DNA from: a virus
Taxonomy: Duplodnaviria; Heunggongvirae; Uroviricota; Caudoviricetes
DNA: 64,000 nucleotides
Strand: one strand, 5' to 3'
Virus record (IMG/VR): IMGVR_UViG_638275430_000001
Span: 22,274 to 86,273 of that record
Below the pieces are notes generated by a model. The model was given only the letters and a program-made list of their open reading frames with translations. It searched no databases and was not told the origin of the DNA. The translations under genes were made by a program, and so were the position numbers. Shown here piece after piece: positions 35,348 to 44,365 of the stretch (its first letter is position 1; each line of letters opens with the position of its first letter).

Positions 35348-35517
35348 ACGTTAGTCTCCAGAACATAGATAGAATGCAAAATGCTTTCGATTTCTTGGTT
35401 CCAGATAGCGCGTTGATCCGCACCAGCGGGAGTCCACGTGCCTTCATAAGAGGCTTCGATCATATTTTGCAGATACTTGATTTGTTCTTTCAGAACTTCG
35501 ATGGCGATTTTGTTCAT
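35344..35517 (-). CDS. Hypothetical small protein (57 aa; start MNKIAIEV)
   Basis: Conserved leader cactgaggaaaatatcATG. Confidence 0.5.
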   Translation of the reverse strand: MNKIAIEVLKEQIKYLQNMIEASYEGTWTPAGADQRAIWNQEIESILHSIYVLETNV

Positions 35518-35598
35518 GATATTTTCCTCAGTGTTTGTGTTGCGTCTTGATGTAACCATAATAACAGGTCCGTACCAAGACGCAAGAACTTTTTTCAA

Positions 35599-35832
35599 TT
35601 AATCCAAATAAACTTTTGGACCATAGTGCTCGAAATCCTCACGGATCATGAACTCACATTCTTGTCCGTTTCGTTCTTCGTCATGGACATAGGTACAAAT
35701 CCACTCCCAAGCACCATCTTCACTCCGTACTGGCTTAGTCTTGCAAACAAAACGCGCAACATGAAAGCCGTATACTTCACAGAACGGAGTACCGACTTCC
35801 AGCTTCTTTACACAATCGTCAATCCTACTCAT
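35599..35832 (-). CDS. Hypothetical protein (77 aa)
   Basis: SD gaaggggtttttgaATG. Confidence 0.45.
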   Translation of the reverse strand: MSRIDDCVKKLEVGTPFCEVYGFHVARFVCKTKPVRSEDGAWEWICTYVHDEERNGQECEFMIREDFEHYGPKVYLD

Positions 35833-36064
35833 TCAAAAACCCCTTCTTGTCGAGTACCTTACAGGCTTCGCGAACAGCTTCCACGCTTTCGCTAATGCTT
35901 TCGTCGTGACCATACACGGCAACATGACGCATCACTTTGTCCATGCAACCCGGAAGATTGTTATTCCAGATAACAGACACTGGATCTACCAACGGACGTC
36001 CTTTCAAGAAAGTCGCCAGCATGACCTTGTTTACGTGATCTTTAGTTTCTTGCCAATAACTCAT
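35825..36064 (-). CDS. Hypothetical protein (80 aa; start MSYWQETK)
   Basis: TAATG overlap with the upstream gene. SD caggaattatctaATG. Confidence 0.4.
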   Translation of the reverse strand: MSYWQETKDHVNKVMLATFLKGRPLVDPVSVIWNNNLPGCMDKVMRHVAVYGHDESISESVEAVREACKVLDKKGFLNE

Positions 36065-36252
36065 TAGATAATTCCTGCAACAGTGAACAGATAATAAGAG
36101 ATACCGATAACCGGAGACATCAGAGCAAGAGTGACCGGCAATCTGATTTTCATACGATATTCTTCCCAGCATTCAATCCAATTGCTGGCCATGATGCCGT
36201 AAGTGATCATAACGAAAAACAGAACAACGTCAATTACTTCGATGCTTTCCAT
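36064..36252 (-). CDS. Small membrane protein (62 aa)
   Basis: Consensus promoter/leader gcgaggagataatcATG. Two TM-like segments. Confidence 0.5.
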   Translation of the reverse strand: MESIEVIDVVLFFVMITYGIMASNWIECWEEYRMKIRLPVTLALMSPVIGISYYLFTVAGII

Positions 36253-36322
36253 GATTATCTCCTCGCTTCAATATGGATATAATAACAGGCTGATTCCGGT
36301 TTGCAAGCACTAAAACGAAAAA

Positions 36323-36342
36323 AGCACCCGAAGGTGCTTTTA
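36323..36342 (-). terminator. C(UUCG)G hairpin terminator (agcacc-ttcg-ggtgct) + U-run
   Basis: aaaagcacccgaaggtgcttttatttt. Confidence 0.65.
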
Positions 36343-36900
36343 TTTTACGATAACAACATCAGTCAGACTTTCGCCCAACACGTTCTCGGCTTCTTCGATC
36401 CAATCAGCGGATTCAACGCTTTCATAAAAATCATCAACGCTTTCGAAAATAGCTTGTTTCTGTCCCATTTCGGTACGCTTCTTGGATTGAAATCCAGCAG
36501 TTCCCTTAGGGTAAACCGTAGCGATCTCAATCTGACGATTGCGAACACGCCCAGCAACGCTGATATCCATGCCCTTAGAGTGGAACATGAATTGACCATT
36601 TCGGATCTTTTGATCTTCAACGTAATGAGCAATCTTTCGATAGAATGCTTTCCAGTCTTCTGGACTAACATCGTTTCGGCGTTGTGCTGCTCGCGCTTGT
36701 GCATGAATCGAACTCATGAAATCATAGACCCCAACTTTCATTTTGGTAGCCAGTTTAGATCTCTTTGAGAGTTCGAACTCCTGTTCTTTAGTAAGCTCAA
36801 CAACTTGATTTTTGCTATAAACAGGTTTCTTTTGATCCTTCTCCAGTTGTTCATCGCCGGGCATATGAGACTCGGCTAGAAAATCAGCCAGTGATTTCAT
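36340..36900 (-). CDS. Hypothetical protein (186 aa; start MKSLADFL)
   Basis: SD agagggataaaaATG. Confidence 0.5.
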   Translation of the reverse strand: MKSLADFLAESHMPGDEQLEKDQKKPVYSKNQVVELTKEQEFELSKRSKLATKMKVGVYDFMSSIHAQARAAQRRNDVSPEDWKAFYRKIAHYVEDQKIRNGQFMFHSKGMDISVAGRVRNRQIEIATVYPKGTAGFQSKKRTEMGQKQAIFESVDDFYESVESADWIEEAENVLGESLTDVVIVK

Positions 36901-37141
36901 TTTTATCCCTCTTGATTTTTTGACGTAGAATGATATCCACGACAATAAGAACGACGATACCAGCGCCGAAATACATTGCAAATGGACCGTCACTCTCAAC
37001 GAAAGTATCGGTGATCCATGCCTGACCAGCAGCGAATGCCATAGATCCTAGCAGCAGTTGCCACAGAGTACAACACAGCTTTTGGAAAAACTTGATATCG
37101 AATCCAGCCAACACTTTTTTCAATTCTTCTTCATCAGTCAT
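36884..37141 (-). CDS. Membrane protein (86 aa; start MTDEEELKK)
   Basis: SD taggagaataaaaATG. CTAAATAT late-type motif 27 nt upstream. Confidence 0.5.
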   Translation of the reverse strand: MTDEEELKKVLAGFDIKFFQKLCCTLWQLLLGSMAFAAGQAWITDTFVESDGPFAMYFGAGIVVLIVVDIILRQKIKRDKNEITG

Positions 37142-37163
37142 TTTTATTCTCCTAAAACTATAT

Positions 37164-37385
37164 TTAGTTAGAAATGAACATAACCGACTTAGTACCGAAT
37201 TGAGCAAGCACAACTAGCCATACGAATGCAACAAAAAAGTAAAACGAGTTCTTACGCTTTTGTAATGTTTCACCGAACACGGCACCATGAAGCGAGATTA
37301 TGATAGAGATTGTGTAAGTCATGTTCAGCGCAAGAATACCAAGTCCAATCATTTTATCATCCCATTTGTGAGTAGATAGAAGCAT
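37164..37385 (-). CDS. Small membrane protein (73 aa or shorter)
   Basis: Hydrophobic ORF on the gene strand. Confidence 0.35.
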   Translation of the reverse strand: MLLSTHKWDDKMIGLGILALNMTYTISIIISLHGAVFGETLQKRKNSFYFFVAFVWLVVLAQFGTKSVMFISN

Positions 37386-37479
37386 ACACCGAAACCGATT
37401 ATGGCGCCGCGAGTTATGTTATTGCCAACTACAAGCAAAAACGCTGCCGCAGATAGCAACAAATTAGTTTCGATAAACA

Positions 37480-37764
37480 TCAGATTTCTCCGAGTTCAAT
37501 CAGTTCATAATCGTCGGCAGTCTTGCGCTTGATATCGTAGTTTGACAATTCCGGATTATCTGTGCCGGAGTTATACCAATCAACAACTTTCGTATGATTG
37601 ATTACGTTTTCGAAGATACCGCGATCACTTGAAATGAACGGAACAGAGCAAAGAAAATCAAACTCGGCAGTGATGCTGTTACAGAACTCCGCATCTTCGT
37701 GTGAGGATAAACTGATACCAAGCCAAAGATCTTTCTTCTCTTTATGACGCATTGCATAGAACAT
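37480..37764 (-). CDS. Hypothetical protein (94 aa; start MFYAMRHKEK)
   Basis: SD agaggaaattatcATG. Confidence 0.5.
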   Translation of the reverse strand: MFYAMRHKEKKDLWLGISLSSHEDAEFCNSITAEFDFLCSVPFISSDRGIFENVINHTKVVDWYNSGTDNPELSNYDIKRKTADDYELIELGEI

Positions 37765-37820
37765 GATAATTTCCTCTCTAAAAGATAGGCTCATTCTACA
37801 CGAACGAGCCTAGTTGTCAA

Positions 37821-38156
37821 TCAACTCAGACCAAGAATTTTCTTTTCTTCGTCACTCAGTTTAGCGAGCGCGGCAGCTTTCTTCTCGTTGTTGATTTTGG
37901 TTTCGTAGTCTTCGCGTTTGCGAATTACGGTAATCCGATCTTTAACGAGGAAGCTGAATTCTTCGCCGTCGATATCGAATGTCAGAACATCTTTTGCACC
38001 AGAGTAGCAGGCGCCATTGCCACCGTACCAACCCTTGCCCTTAGACAGTTCCAATCCCAGAGCCTCGCTGGTAGAGTAGCAGAACACAGCAGATCGGCGT
38101 TCGTCGGTAGATACGGTTATTTCGTATGCTTTTTCTTTTTTCAGTTGTACAGTCAT
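37821..38156 (-). CDS. Hypothetical protein (111 aa)
   Basis: SD tgtgaggttaatATG. Confidence 0.5.
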   Translation of the reverse strand: MTVQLKKEKAYEITVSTDERRSAVFCYSTSEALGLELSKGKGWYGGNGACYSGAKDVLTFDIDGEEFSFLVKDRITVIRKREDYETKINNEKKAAALAKLSDEEKKILGLS

Positions 38157-38163
38157 ATTAACC

Positions 38164-38352
38164 TCACAGATATTCAGTTGCGGATGCGATTTCGATATTG
38201 TTCAGCTTGATACTGATTTCCAGCGTTACATCGTTATAATAGCCATGGCGGCGATTCAGTGAAATATCGAGATTTGATTTCAGGTATTCTTCTACCTTGG
38301 CTTCGATCTTCTGTTCCAACTCTTCTTCGCTGATAGTAATCATTTTGCTCAT
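38164..38352 (-). CDS. Small acidic protein (62 aa), paralog of the upstream ORF
   Basis: SD gaaggacaactggcaATG. EISIKLNNIEIASATEY ~ EVEIQLDGEVIASDSEY. Confidence 0.5.
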   Translation of the reverse strand: MSKMITISEEELEQKIEAKVEEYLKSNLDISLNRRHGYYNDVTLEISIKLNNIEIASATEYL

Positions 38353-38603
38353 TGCCAGTTGTCCTTCTCACCTATGATATCGCAGATGTATTCTGAATCG
38401 CTGGCGATTACTTCGCCGTCAAGCTGAATTTCTACTTCGAGTTTACCATCGGTAGCACTCATTGAGACTTCCAGCTTTTCTTTCAGATACGCTTTAAGTT
38501 GTTCCAGTATATCTGGACTCAAACTGTTGTCAACTGATTTTTCCACAATTTTTGTGCTCTTTACATTGCGTTGTTGTGTAGCCGTCAAACACAGAACGAG
38601 CAC
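38349..38603 (-). CDS. Small acidic protein, paralog of 38164..38352 (start uncertain, possibly GTG at 38546)
   Basis: Overlaps the upstream gene. ATGA coupling at the 3' end. Confidence 0.35.
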   Translation of the reverse strand: MLVLCLTATQQRNVKSTKIVEKSVDNSLSPDILEQLKAYLKEKLEVSMSATDGKLEVEIQLDGEVIASDSEYICDIIGEKDNWQ

Positions 38604-39021
38604 GATAATAGTCCTTAGCTGTGAATCCGTTCACACTATCAACGTGGATAAAATGTTCTTTTTGTGACTCCAACATATCGTCGTCATCATCAACAATCAC
38701 ATAATTTTCACATTCTTGGTGTTTGTTCAGCCACTCTTGAATCAACTCGCCGCGATTCTCACCAACAAGATCTCTTGTCTTGAAATCCTCGTGCAGACAA
38801 TCAGGTGGGAATCCTGCCATCGCAAGTTGATCCTTCACCATCTGCGCATCGCAGCCAAGTCTCCAAGTGCTACTGTATACCACTTTCAAATTGTAGTCAA
38901 CGATAAGTTTGGATAAAAGCTTTACAGCTCCTATGTCTACCATTTGCCCGTATTTCAAGTAACTGCTATCGCTATGAAATACGCCGTCAACATCGAGAAA
39001 CATTACACGGCATTTTTTCAT
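38530..39021 (-). CDS. HAD-superfamily phosphatase (DxDGV motif I: FLDVDGV)
   Basis: 163 aa. N-terminal MFLDVDGVFHSD. ATGA-coupled to the methyltransferase. Confidence 0.55.
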   Translation of the reverse strand: MKKCRVMFLDVDGVFHSDSSYLKYGQMVDIGAVKLLSKLIVDYNLKVVYSSTWRLGCDAQMVKDQLAMAGFPPDCLHEDFKTRDLVGENRGELIQEWLNKHQECENYVIVDDDDDMLESQKEHFIHVDSVNGFTAKDYYRARSVFDGYTTTQCKEHKNCGKIS

Positions 39022-40265
39022 ATGTCAAGCGTCCACATCGTATCTTTCAGCCAATCTGGATACTTTCTACCGTCGCTGGTATCAGTCTCGTCTAGTGTGT
39101 TGCAATAAGCGATTTGACTTTCAATCCGAGTTCGGTATTCTTCTCCCAAAAGCTTCACCAATCGCTCTATGGCAGCGTTTCTATTGTCCAGCATATACTC
39201 ACAAGCGTATATACGAGAAACGATTGTACCAGCGTTCTGGCCTGCTTCCAGCATACGTTTCACGATGCCTTCTAGTATGTTACCGTCACCACACGACGGC
39301 TCAAAGAAAGTCGAACTAGAATTTGCGTCATCGATATCGGTATAATCCAACATCTGATTTACGAGTTCAATAGGAGTAAAGAACTCCGCAGTTTTCTTTT
39401 GGCGATCTCGCTCAATCTTGTCGGTAAACAATCGGGTGTCACCAACGACTTGCGTTTTGTGTCGCTTGCCGCCATAGTAATCTTCGATCACTTCCTGCAC
39501 TCTTGGTCTGATATCAAGCATATCGAATTTTTCGAATAACTCGTCATCAGTCCAACGCTTCGTCATGTCTACCCATGGGATTGCATGTAGCTCGCCACTG
39601 TCTAGGTGAACATTCATCTTATACAGAGAAAGCATAAATCTTGCAAAGTCCGTTTTCAGATAAGCAATAAAATTCTCTGCTTCTTCTAACGTTCTAAACG
39701 CAAAATTTTGACCGCGCTTTGGCATTTCAGTCGTCGGAACGTAATCAACTGGGAACATCGTAAAGAAGTCGCTATTAAAGCGTTTGCCAGCTTCTGGAGG
39801 ATGTCCTCTAACACTTGCTATAGTGACGTAGTGACTTGCTCCTATAACTTCGCCAGAGCATTTCATGTGCGCTACGCTCGGATATTTCATCTTGTCATAG
39901 ACATCAACACACCAATCTCCAATCATATTGATTTTGTTTAGCGGCAGTCTTGCGTCATAATAACCAGAAACGTTAATTAGACCGGATTTCATTGTTTTGT
40001 CAATAACGGTTATACTAAGCGGAGTAAGAAATCCAGCTTTGAAAACGGCGTTACCGTCAAACAAATGAACACTCGTTGTATATTCTTTCATATTGCCGAG
40101 TAGTTCAGCAACTCGCTTAGTTTGTCTAGTTGGCTTTCTGTTTACAAATGGTCCGGACGGATGCACCGCGACGGTGACATCACATTTCTTTACACCTAGA
40201 TTAACAAAGTCAACGTGCAAACCCGCACTATATGGCGGGTTTGCGATCATGTAATCAAAGTGCAT
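39018..40265 (-). CDS. DNA N6-adenine methyltransferase, beta-class (motif IV NPPY N-terminal; motifs X/I C-terminal)
   Basis: 415 aa. MIANPPYS near the N-terminus. TAEFFTPIELVNQML...FFEPSCGDGNIL near aa 300-330. Confidence 0.65.
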   Translation of the reverse strand: MHFDYMIANPPYSAGLHVDFVNLGVKKCDVTVAVHPSGPFVNRKPTRQTKRVAELLGNMKEYTTSVHLFDGNAVFKAGFLTPLSITVIDKTMKSGLINVSGYYDARLPLNKINMIGDWCVDVYDKMKYPSVAHMKCSGEVIGASHYVTIASVRGHPPEAGKRFNSDFFTMFPVDYVPTTEMPKRGQNFAFRTLEEAENFIAYLKTDFARFMLSLYKMNVHLDSGELHAIPWVDMTKRWTDDELFEKFDMLDIRPRVQEVIEDYYGGKRHKTQVVGDTRLFTDKIERDRQKKTAEFFTPIELVNQMLDYTDIDDANSSSTFFEPSCGDGNILEGIVKRMLEAGQNAGTIVSRIYACEYMLDNRNAAIERLVKLLGEEYRTRIESQIAYCNTLDETDTSDGRKYPDWLKDTMWTLDI

Positions 40266-40950
40266 GAGTGCTCAACCGTTCACCGTATTCGGTGCCCATG
40301 TTATACTCTTTCGCGATCTTCATAATAGCGATGTTCATTTGCACAAGCTTTTCGCGCTCGCGGGTATAGTCTGCCATCATTACCTCAAGTTCTATGGCAT
40401 GACGGCGCTTGATTTCTGCTTCCATTTGTTTAATTTGGAGACGCAGATCATCGGTAGAAACTTCTTTGATGTCTTTCTCCACTTTAGTAATGATCTCCGG
40501 TTTCTTTTTCTTCGGTTCTTTTACCAACAGATCGATTTTGCGTTCAGGAATACGAACTTTCATTTTGAAACCATAGTCGGTGCGAATTGCATTGAACGGA
40601 GAAAATTCTTTCATTCGATCAAAAATCGCATCGATAATTGATTGACTACCACGGCTGAATTCAAACTCAACCCAGTTCGCAACAATACCCTCGCCAATCT
40701 TTGTTACATTAAAACCTGCCAGCTCTGGAATGTGACCGTCAACGATGTAGGCACCGAATATCTCGTTTAAATGCGATTTATTGTAATAACGACTACCGAC
40801 CATATTACCGACGTATCGACGTATGTTTCCGCGAAATCGCACGGAGTCGATTGTGACTTTGGTGCCAGCTGGCTTAGTGTGAGTTTCGCAAGCAATATTC
40901 AGAAATTTGTACCACTGATTGCGAGCAACTAGCTTCCGTTTTTCGTTCAT
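40255..40950 (-). CDS. Hypothetical protein (231 aa; start MNEKRKLV), coiled-coil C-terminus
   Basis: SD taggagaaattATG. Adjacent to the methyltransferase. Confidence 0.5.
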   Translation of the reverse strand: MNEKRKLVARNQWYKFLNIACETHTKPAGTKVTIDSVRFRGNIRRYVGNMVGSRYYNKSHLNEIFGAYIVDGHIPELAGFNVTKIGEGIVANWVEFEFSRGSQSIIDAIFDRMKEFSPFNAIRTDYGFKMKVRIPERKIDLLVKEPKKKKPEIITKVEKDIKEVSTDDLRLQIKQMEAEIKRRHAIELEVMMADYTREREKLVQMNIAIMKIAKEYNMGTEYGERLSTHAL

Positions 40951-40979
40951 AATTTCTCCTATGAGAGGGCCCGAAGCCC

Positions 40980-41180
40980 TCAAATGTCAAACAGTGATGC
41001 AAGCCCAGGATGTTGTGGGAACTTCACCTGTTTTGTGTTTTTGTCAATAGCCAATCCGGTTTGTTTAACAAACGCATCGAATTTTTCTTTAGAAGCAAAA
41101 CGGACTTTGATCGTCCGTTTACCACTTTTCATTTTTTCGACAACGTGTTCCGGTGCGGCATCTGGGTTAACGTATGCCAT
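40980..41180 (-). CDS. Hypothetical protein (66 aa)
   Basis: TAATG-coupled. SD gaggaagaaTAATG. Confidence 0.45.
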   Translation of the reverse strand: MAYVNPDAAPEHVVEKMKSGKRTIKVRFASKEKFDAFVKQTGLAIDKNTKQVKFPQHPGLASLFDI

Positions 41181-42379
41181 TATTCTTCCTCGTCGTTAGC
41201 ATCTTGTTCGGACGCTTTGATGGATGTTAGCACCATTCCGTATTCATTGCAACCTTCTGGAATAACATTTTTCAGTTTCAGACGATTTGCGCGATACGGT
41301 GCGTAGTCTACCCAGTGATGCCAGCGACCATTCATCCACTGCAATCTGGCAACGTCTGGATGCATGTCCACGATCATTTGCGACTTAGGCAGAGTACCTT
41401 CTTTCGAATAGAAAGCTTCGGTGTTACCACCTGCCATTGCTTGAGTCACCAGCTTTCCAGTCAGATAAGCATTATATTGAATCGTGCAATGGCCGTCTTT
41501 CAGAACACGCAGACTCAAATCGGTATCTTCGTTATAGCGACCTCTCCAGCGATACGGGATATCGTTCAGAATGAGTAGGGTACTATAAATCCGACAGTTT
41601 TGAACGAATGGCGGCAAAGTCTCTTTTGGCACAGCAAAGAAGCGATAATGTGGACCAGCGATATACACGTTATCATAACGATCAACATGATCTTCCATTG
41701 CACGGAAGATAGCACCGCTATTAACGATTGTGCGCTTGTTACCGTCAAGACGGAAGAAGTGCTGTTGGTTATCGTCCATTACCCAGTGGCGCTTGAACCC
41801 CATTTTCATAGAGTGATCCCACGCAAAGTTACGAGCTGCACCGGGACCCTTGCTTCGAGTTGTACCGAGATCATCAAATGTGTCGTATTCATCCAAGAAT
41901 TTCTGATCCAGAATGATAACAGTCACGTATTCATGATCGACACGGCTATTATACTCTTCGAATTGAGATTCTTCTACCACGATGTAATGCTTGACTTTCA
42001 TTCGTACCAAGCTATCGGAAGTCAATCGCTTTTCCCAACGGGATTTTGATACGATGTAAATCGGATATTTCGGCTGATTCAGGTCGGTGTAATCTGAGAC
42101 ATAACGAATAACAGAGTAATCGTCTGGTCCCTTCTTAGGCCACCAAATGCTCTTTGTCTTGTCACTTAACGGCAAGTCTGCGAGCTTTGAAAACTCGGCA
42201 ACATCGTCGTTATTATCGAACTCGAATTCAATCTCGGCATAAGCGTCGATGATATCTTTCGGCTCATATCGTGGCATTTGCTGCCAGTGATCCCAGGGAT
42301 TATCTTCGTTGGCATATCGCTCATTGCGATAGATCAAATTACCATCTAAGTCTCTTGTTTTTTCTACTTGTTTGCGCAT
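41180..42379 (-). CDS. Hypothetical protein (399 aa), possible GT-A-like glycosyltransferase (DDN/DxD-like motif; weak)
   Basis: Large ORF in the methyltransferase neighbourhood. HWVMDDNQQHF and EDTD motifs. Confidence 0.45.
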   Translation of the reverse strand: MRKQVEKTRDLDGNLIYRNERYANEDNPWDHWQQMPRYEPKDIIDAYAEIEFEFDNNDDVAEFSKLADLPLSDKTKSIWWPKKGPDDYSVIRYVSDYTDLNQPKYPIYIVSKSRWEKRLTSDSLVRMKVKHYIVVEESQFEEYNSRVDHEYVTVIILDQKFLDEYDTFDDLGTTRSKGPGAARNFAWDHSMKMGFKRHWVMDDNQQHFFRLDGNKRTIVNSGAIFRAMEDHVDRYDNVYIAGPHYRFFAVPKETLPPFVQNCRIYSTLLILNDIPYRWRGRYNEDTDLSLRVLKDGHCTIQYNAYLTGKLVTQAMAGGNTEAFYSKEGTLPKSQMIVDMHPDVARLQWMNGRWHHWVDYAPYRANRLKLKNVIPEGCNEYGMVLTSIKASEQDANDEEE

Positions 42380-42441
42380 CTTCTTTCCAATAATGAAAAC
42401 AGTGATATAAGGATATCACCGTTTCCGTGTTTTGTAAACAA

Positions 42442-43221
42442 TTAGAATGTTAACAGGCCATCGCGAACTTTGTTGATTTCTTCGGTCAGTTCTTTTGCTT
42501 CTTTAACATACCGAGAACGTTCGTTTTGAAGTCTTGCGATTTCTTGATCCACATTTCGTTGCTTTTCAGTCAACAGTCGAATACGGTCAAACTTGTCGCC
42601 ATAGTTCAGTTCGAGGAAACGATTGACTTGAATCAAGTATTGACGTTTCATTTCGTTTTCGCTGACCGGTGGTCGAGCTGAGGTGATTGTTTGTTCTTGT
42701 TTCACAGTTTCTTCCTTCTTGAAGGGTTTCACCAGATCAGCGGCAATCAAAACTTTGTTTTCTTGCTTGAGATACGGCATCATTTTCAGCGGTTTCAGCG
42801 TCTTGAGATCCGTAGCCATAAAAATTTGGGCATCTAGTTGAAGAACGCCATTCACGACCTTGGCATAACCCAGCTTAACGAGGTTAGAGTCTGCCATTTT
42901 GTTCATCGTCTTAGCGCGTATCACCATTCGAACACAATGGAATGATGTAAACTGATTGATACCGCGAGTAACAGAAGCAGAGTCCCATACTACGGCTTCA
43001 TCGCCAACAGCAAGTTGAAACTTGTGTTTCATGTTCGTATCGTTGTGAAGACGATCGGCTTTCTTTACGTGTTCAGCGGTATAACTGTTGTACACGCGAG
43101 TTGTTTTTCCATTCACGGTAACGTTCTTGAAAAAGATGTGATTCAGAATCGCCCGGCAAGCATTATGCAGCTTGATATCGGCTTTCATCTTATTCCGATT
43201 AGATTTTACTTGACTACTCAT
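42442..43221 (-). CDS. Paralog pair member 1 (259 aa): N-terminal KilA-N/Bro-N-like domain (..KNVTVNGKTTRV..) plus C-terminal coiled coil
   Basis: TAATG-coupled. SD aaggaagcgtaATG. Confidence 0.5.
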   Translation of the reverse strand: MSSQVKSNRNKMKADIKLHNACRAILNHIFFKNVTVNGKTTRVYNSYTAEHVKKADRLHNDTNMKHKFQLAVGDEAVVWDSASVTRGINQFTSFHCVRMVIRAKTMNKMADSNLVKLGYAKVVNGVLQLDAQIFMATDLKTLKPLKMMPYLKQENKVLIAADLVKPFKKEETVKQEQTITSARPPVSENEMKRQYLIQVNRFLELNYGDKFDRIRLLTEKQRNVDQEIARLQNERSRYVKEAKELTEEINKVRDGLLTF

Positions 43222-44099
43222 TACGCTTCCTTAAAGCTATATTTGTCCAGAACTTGAGTCATGATAGTGATTTTCGGTTGCAAAGTCAACATCACCTCAT
43301 GGTATTCTGCATATGCTTGTTGTTGTTCGGCTACAGCCAGTTCAAGCTGTGCCTGTGCTTGTGCCAACAATTGCTTGCACTGCTTAACACTAACACTCTT
43401 GGTTTCAACAACACGCTCCAATTTTTGAAGTTGAGCGAAACCAGGCAGAACTTTTTCGAAATCGATATCAAAAACATCTTGACTTTCAACTTCTTTTTTG
43501 CTCATTTCTTCCAGAGTTTGAGCGTTTTCGTTCCTGGTATTCTTATAAATGATATCAAACCCGACTGATTTTTTATCAGTTCTCGGCAGATAATCTTCAC
43601 CGATTTTGCGCTCAGGAACAGTGATCACAACGCGGCTCTTGTATTGAGTTGGATCACAATGCCACACGCGCATACCGGTTTCGCCGTCTTTGAATCCCCA
43701 GTTCTCCATAGAGAAGTGTTTGCCGATGTTCGATTTCAGCAGCTTCTCTGGGACTTCGGATTTGAAATACAATGCGAGTTGTGTAGGAGAAATCACACGA
43801 TATTGCCAACCGCTCGTTTGAAGACTCGGCCAAATCGGACGCAGTTTCTCGTACTGATCATATTCTGCATTGATGTTGTTATATAACGGTTTGGTAAAGA
43901 AACTGTCGGTGCCGAACATCGCCACGAATGCGGATGCAATGTTAACCAGATTGGTGCTAGAAAACATATTGCCTTCTCGCAGGCGAGTAAGGGTTTTGCC
44001 GTCTACAGTCACGTTTTCGCAGAACAGATTTTGTTCCATACGGATAAGAAAGTTCTTGAATTTCTTATCCTTGAATACTACTTTACGAGCTTCTTTCAT
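43221..44099 (-). CDS. Paralog pair member 2 (292 aa): ..ENVTVDGKTLTRL.. N-terminal domain plus Gln/Ala coiled coil
   Basis: SD gatggaggcttaataATG. Confidence 0.5.
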   Translation of the reverse strand: MKEARKVVFKDKKFKNFLIRMEQNLFCENVTVDGKTLTRLREGNMFSSTNLVNIASAFVAMFGTDSFFTKPLYNNINAEYDQYEKLRPIWPSLQTSGWQYRVISPTQLALYFKSEVPEKLLKSNIGKHFSMENWGFKDGETGMRVWHCDPTQYKSRVVITVPERKIGEDYLPRTDKKSVGFDIIYKNTRNENAQTLEEMSKKEVESQDVFDIDFEKVLPGFAQLQKLERVVETKSVSVKQCKQLLAQAQAQLELAVAEQQQAYAEYHEVMLTLQPKITIMTQVLDKYSFKEA

Positions 44100-44101
44100 T
44101 A

Positions 44102-44356
44102 TTAAGCCTCCATCATCTTGATGTAGTTCAGGATATCCTCAAAGTTGAAGCTTTCGATGCCAACGCCAACAATATCTTGAATGACATAGCAATCGCGCTC
44201 AAAATCTTCGCTGTGGTACAGGCTGATTTCGTAGTAATGTTCCGCTTTGGTAAACACTACCAGAACTTCGTTACTTTCGGCATTGATATGATCAACACAT
44301 TCGAGATTAGAGAGTTGAGCCAACATGATAACTTCCTCTTGTTTTGATATGTCCAT
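44102..44356 (-). CDS. Hypothetical acidic protein (84 aa)
   Basis: Consensus leader caagaggaagttatcATG. Confidence 0.55.
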   Translation of the reverse strand: MDISKQEEVIMLAQLSNLECVDHINAESNEVLVVFTKAEHYYEISLYHSEDFERDCYVIQDIVGVGIESFNFEDILNYIKMMEA

Positions 44357-44365
44357 ATTATCACA

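Noticed and set aside
40965-40984. Hairpin gagggc-ccgaa-gccctc, similar to the terminator family
   Set aside because: It lacks a following U-run on the minus strand and sits 15 nt upstream of an SD. It is more likely a 5'-UTR stability or processing hairpin than a terminator, so it was not called as a feature.
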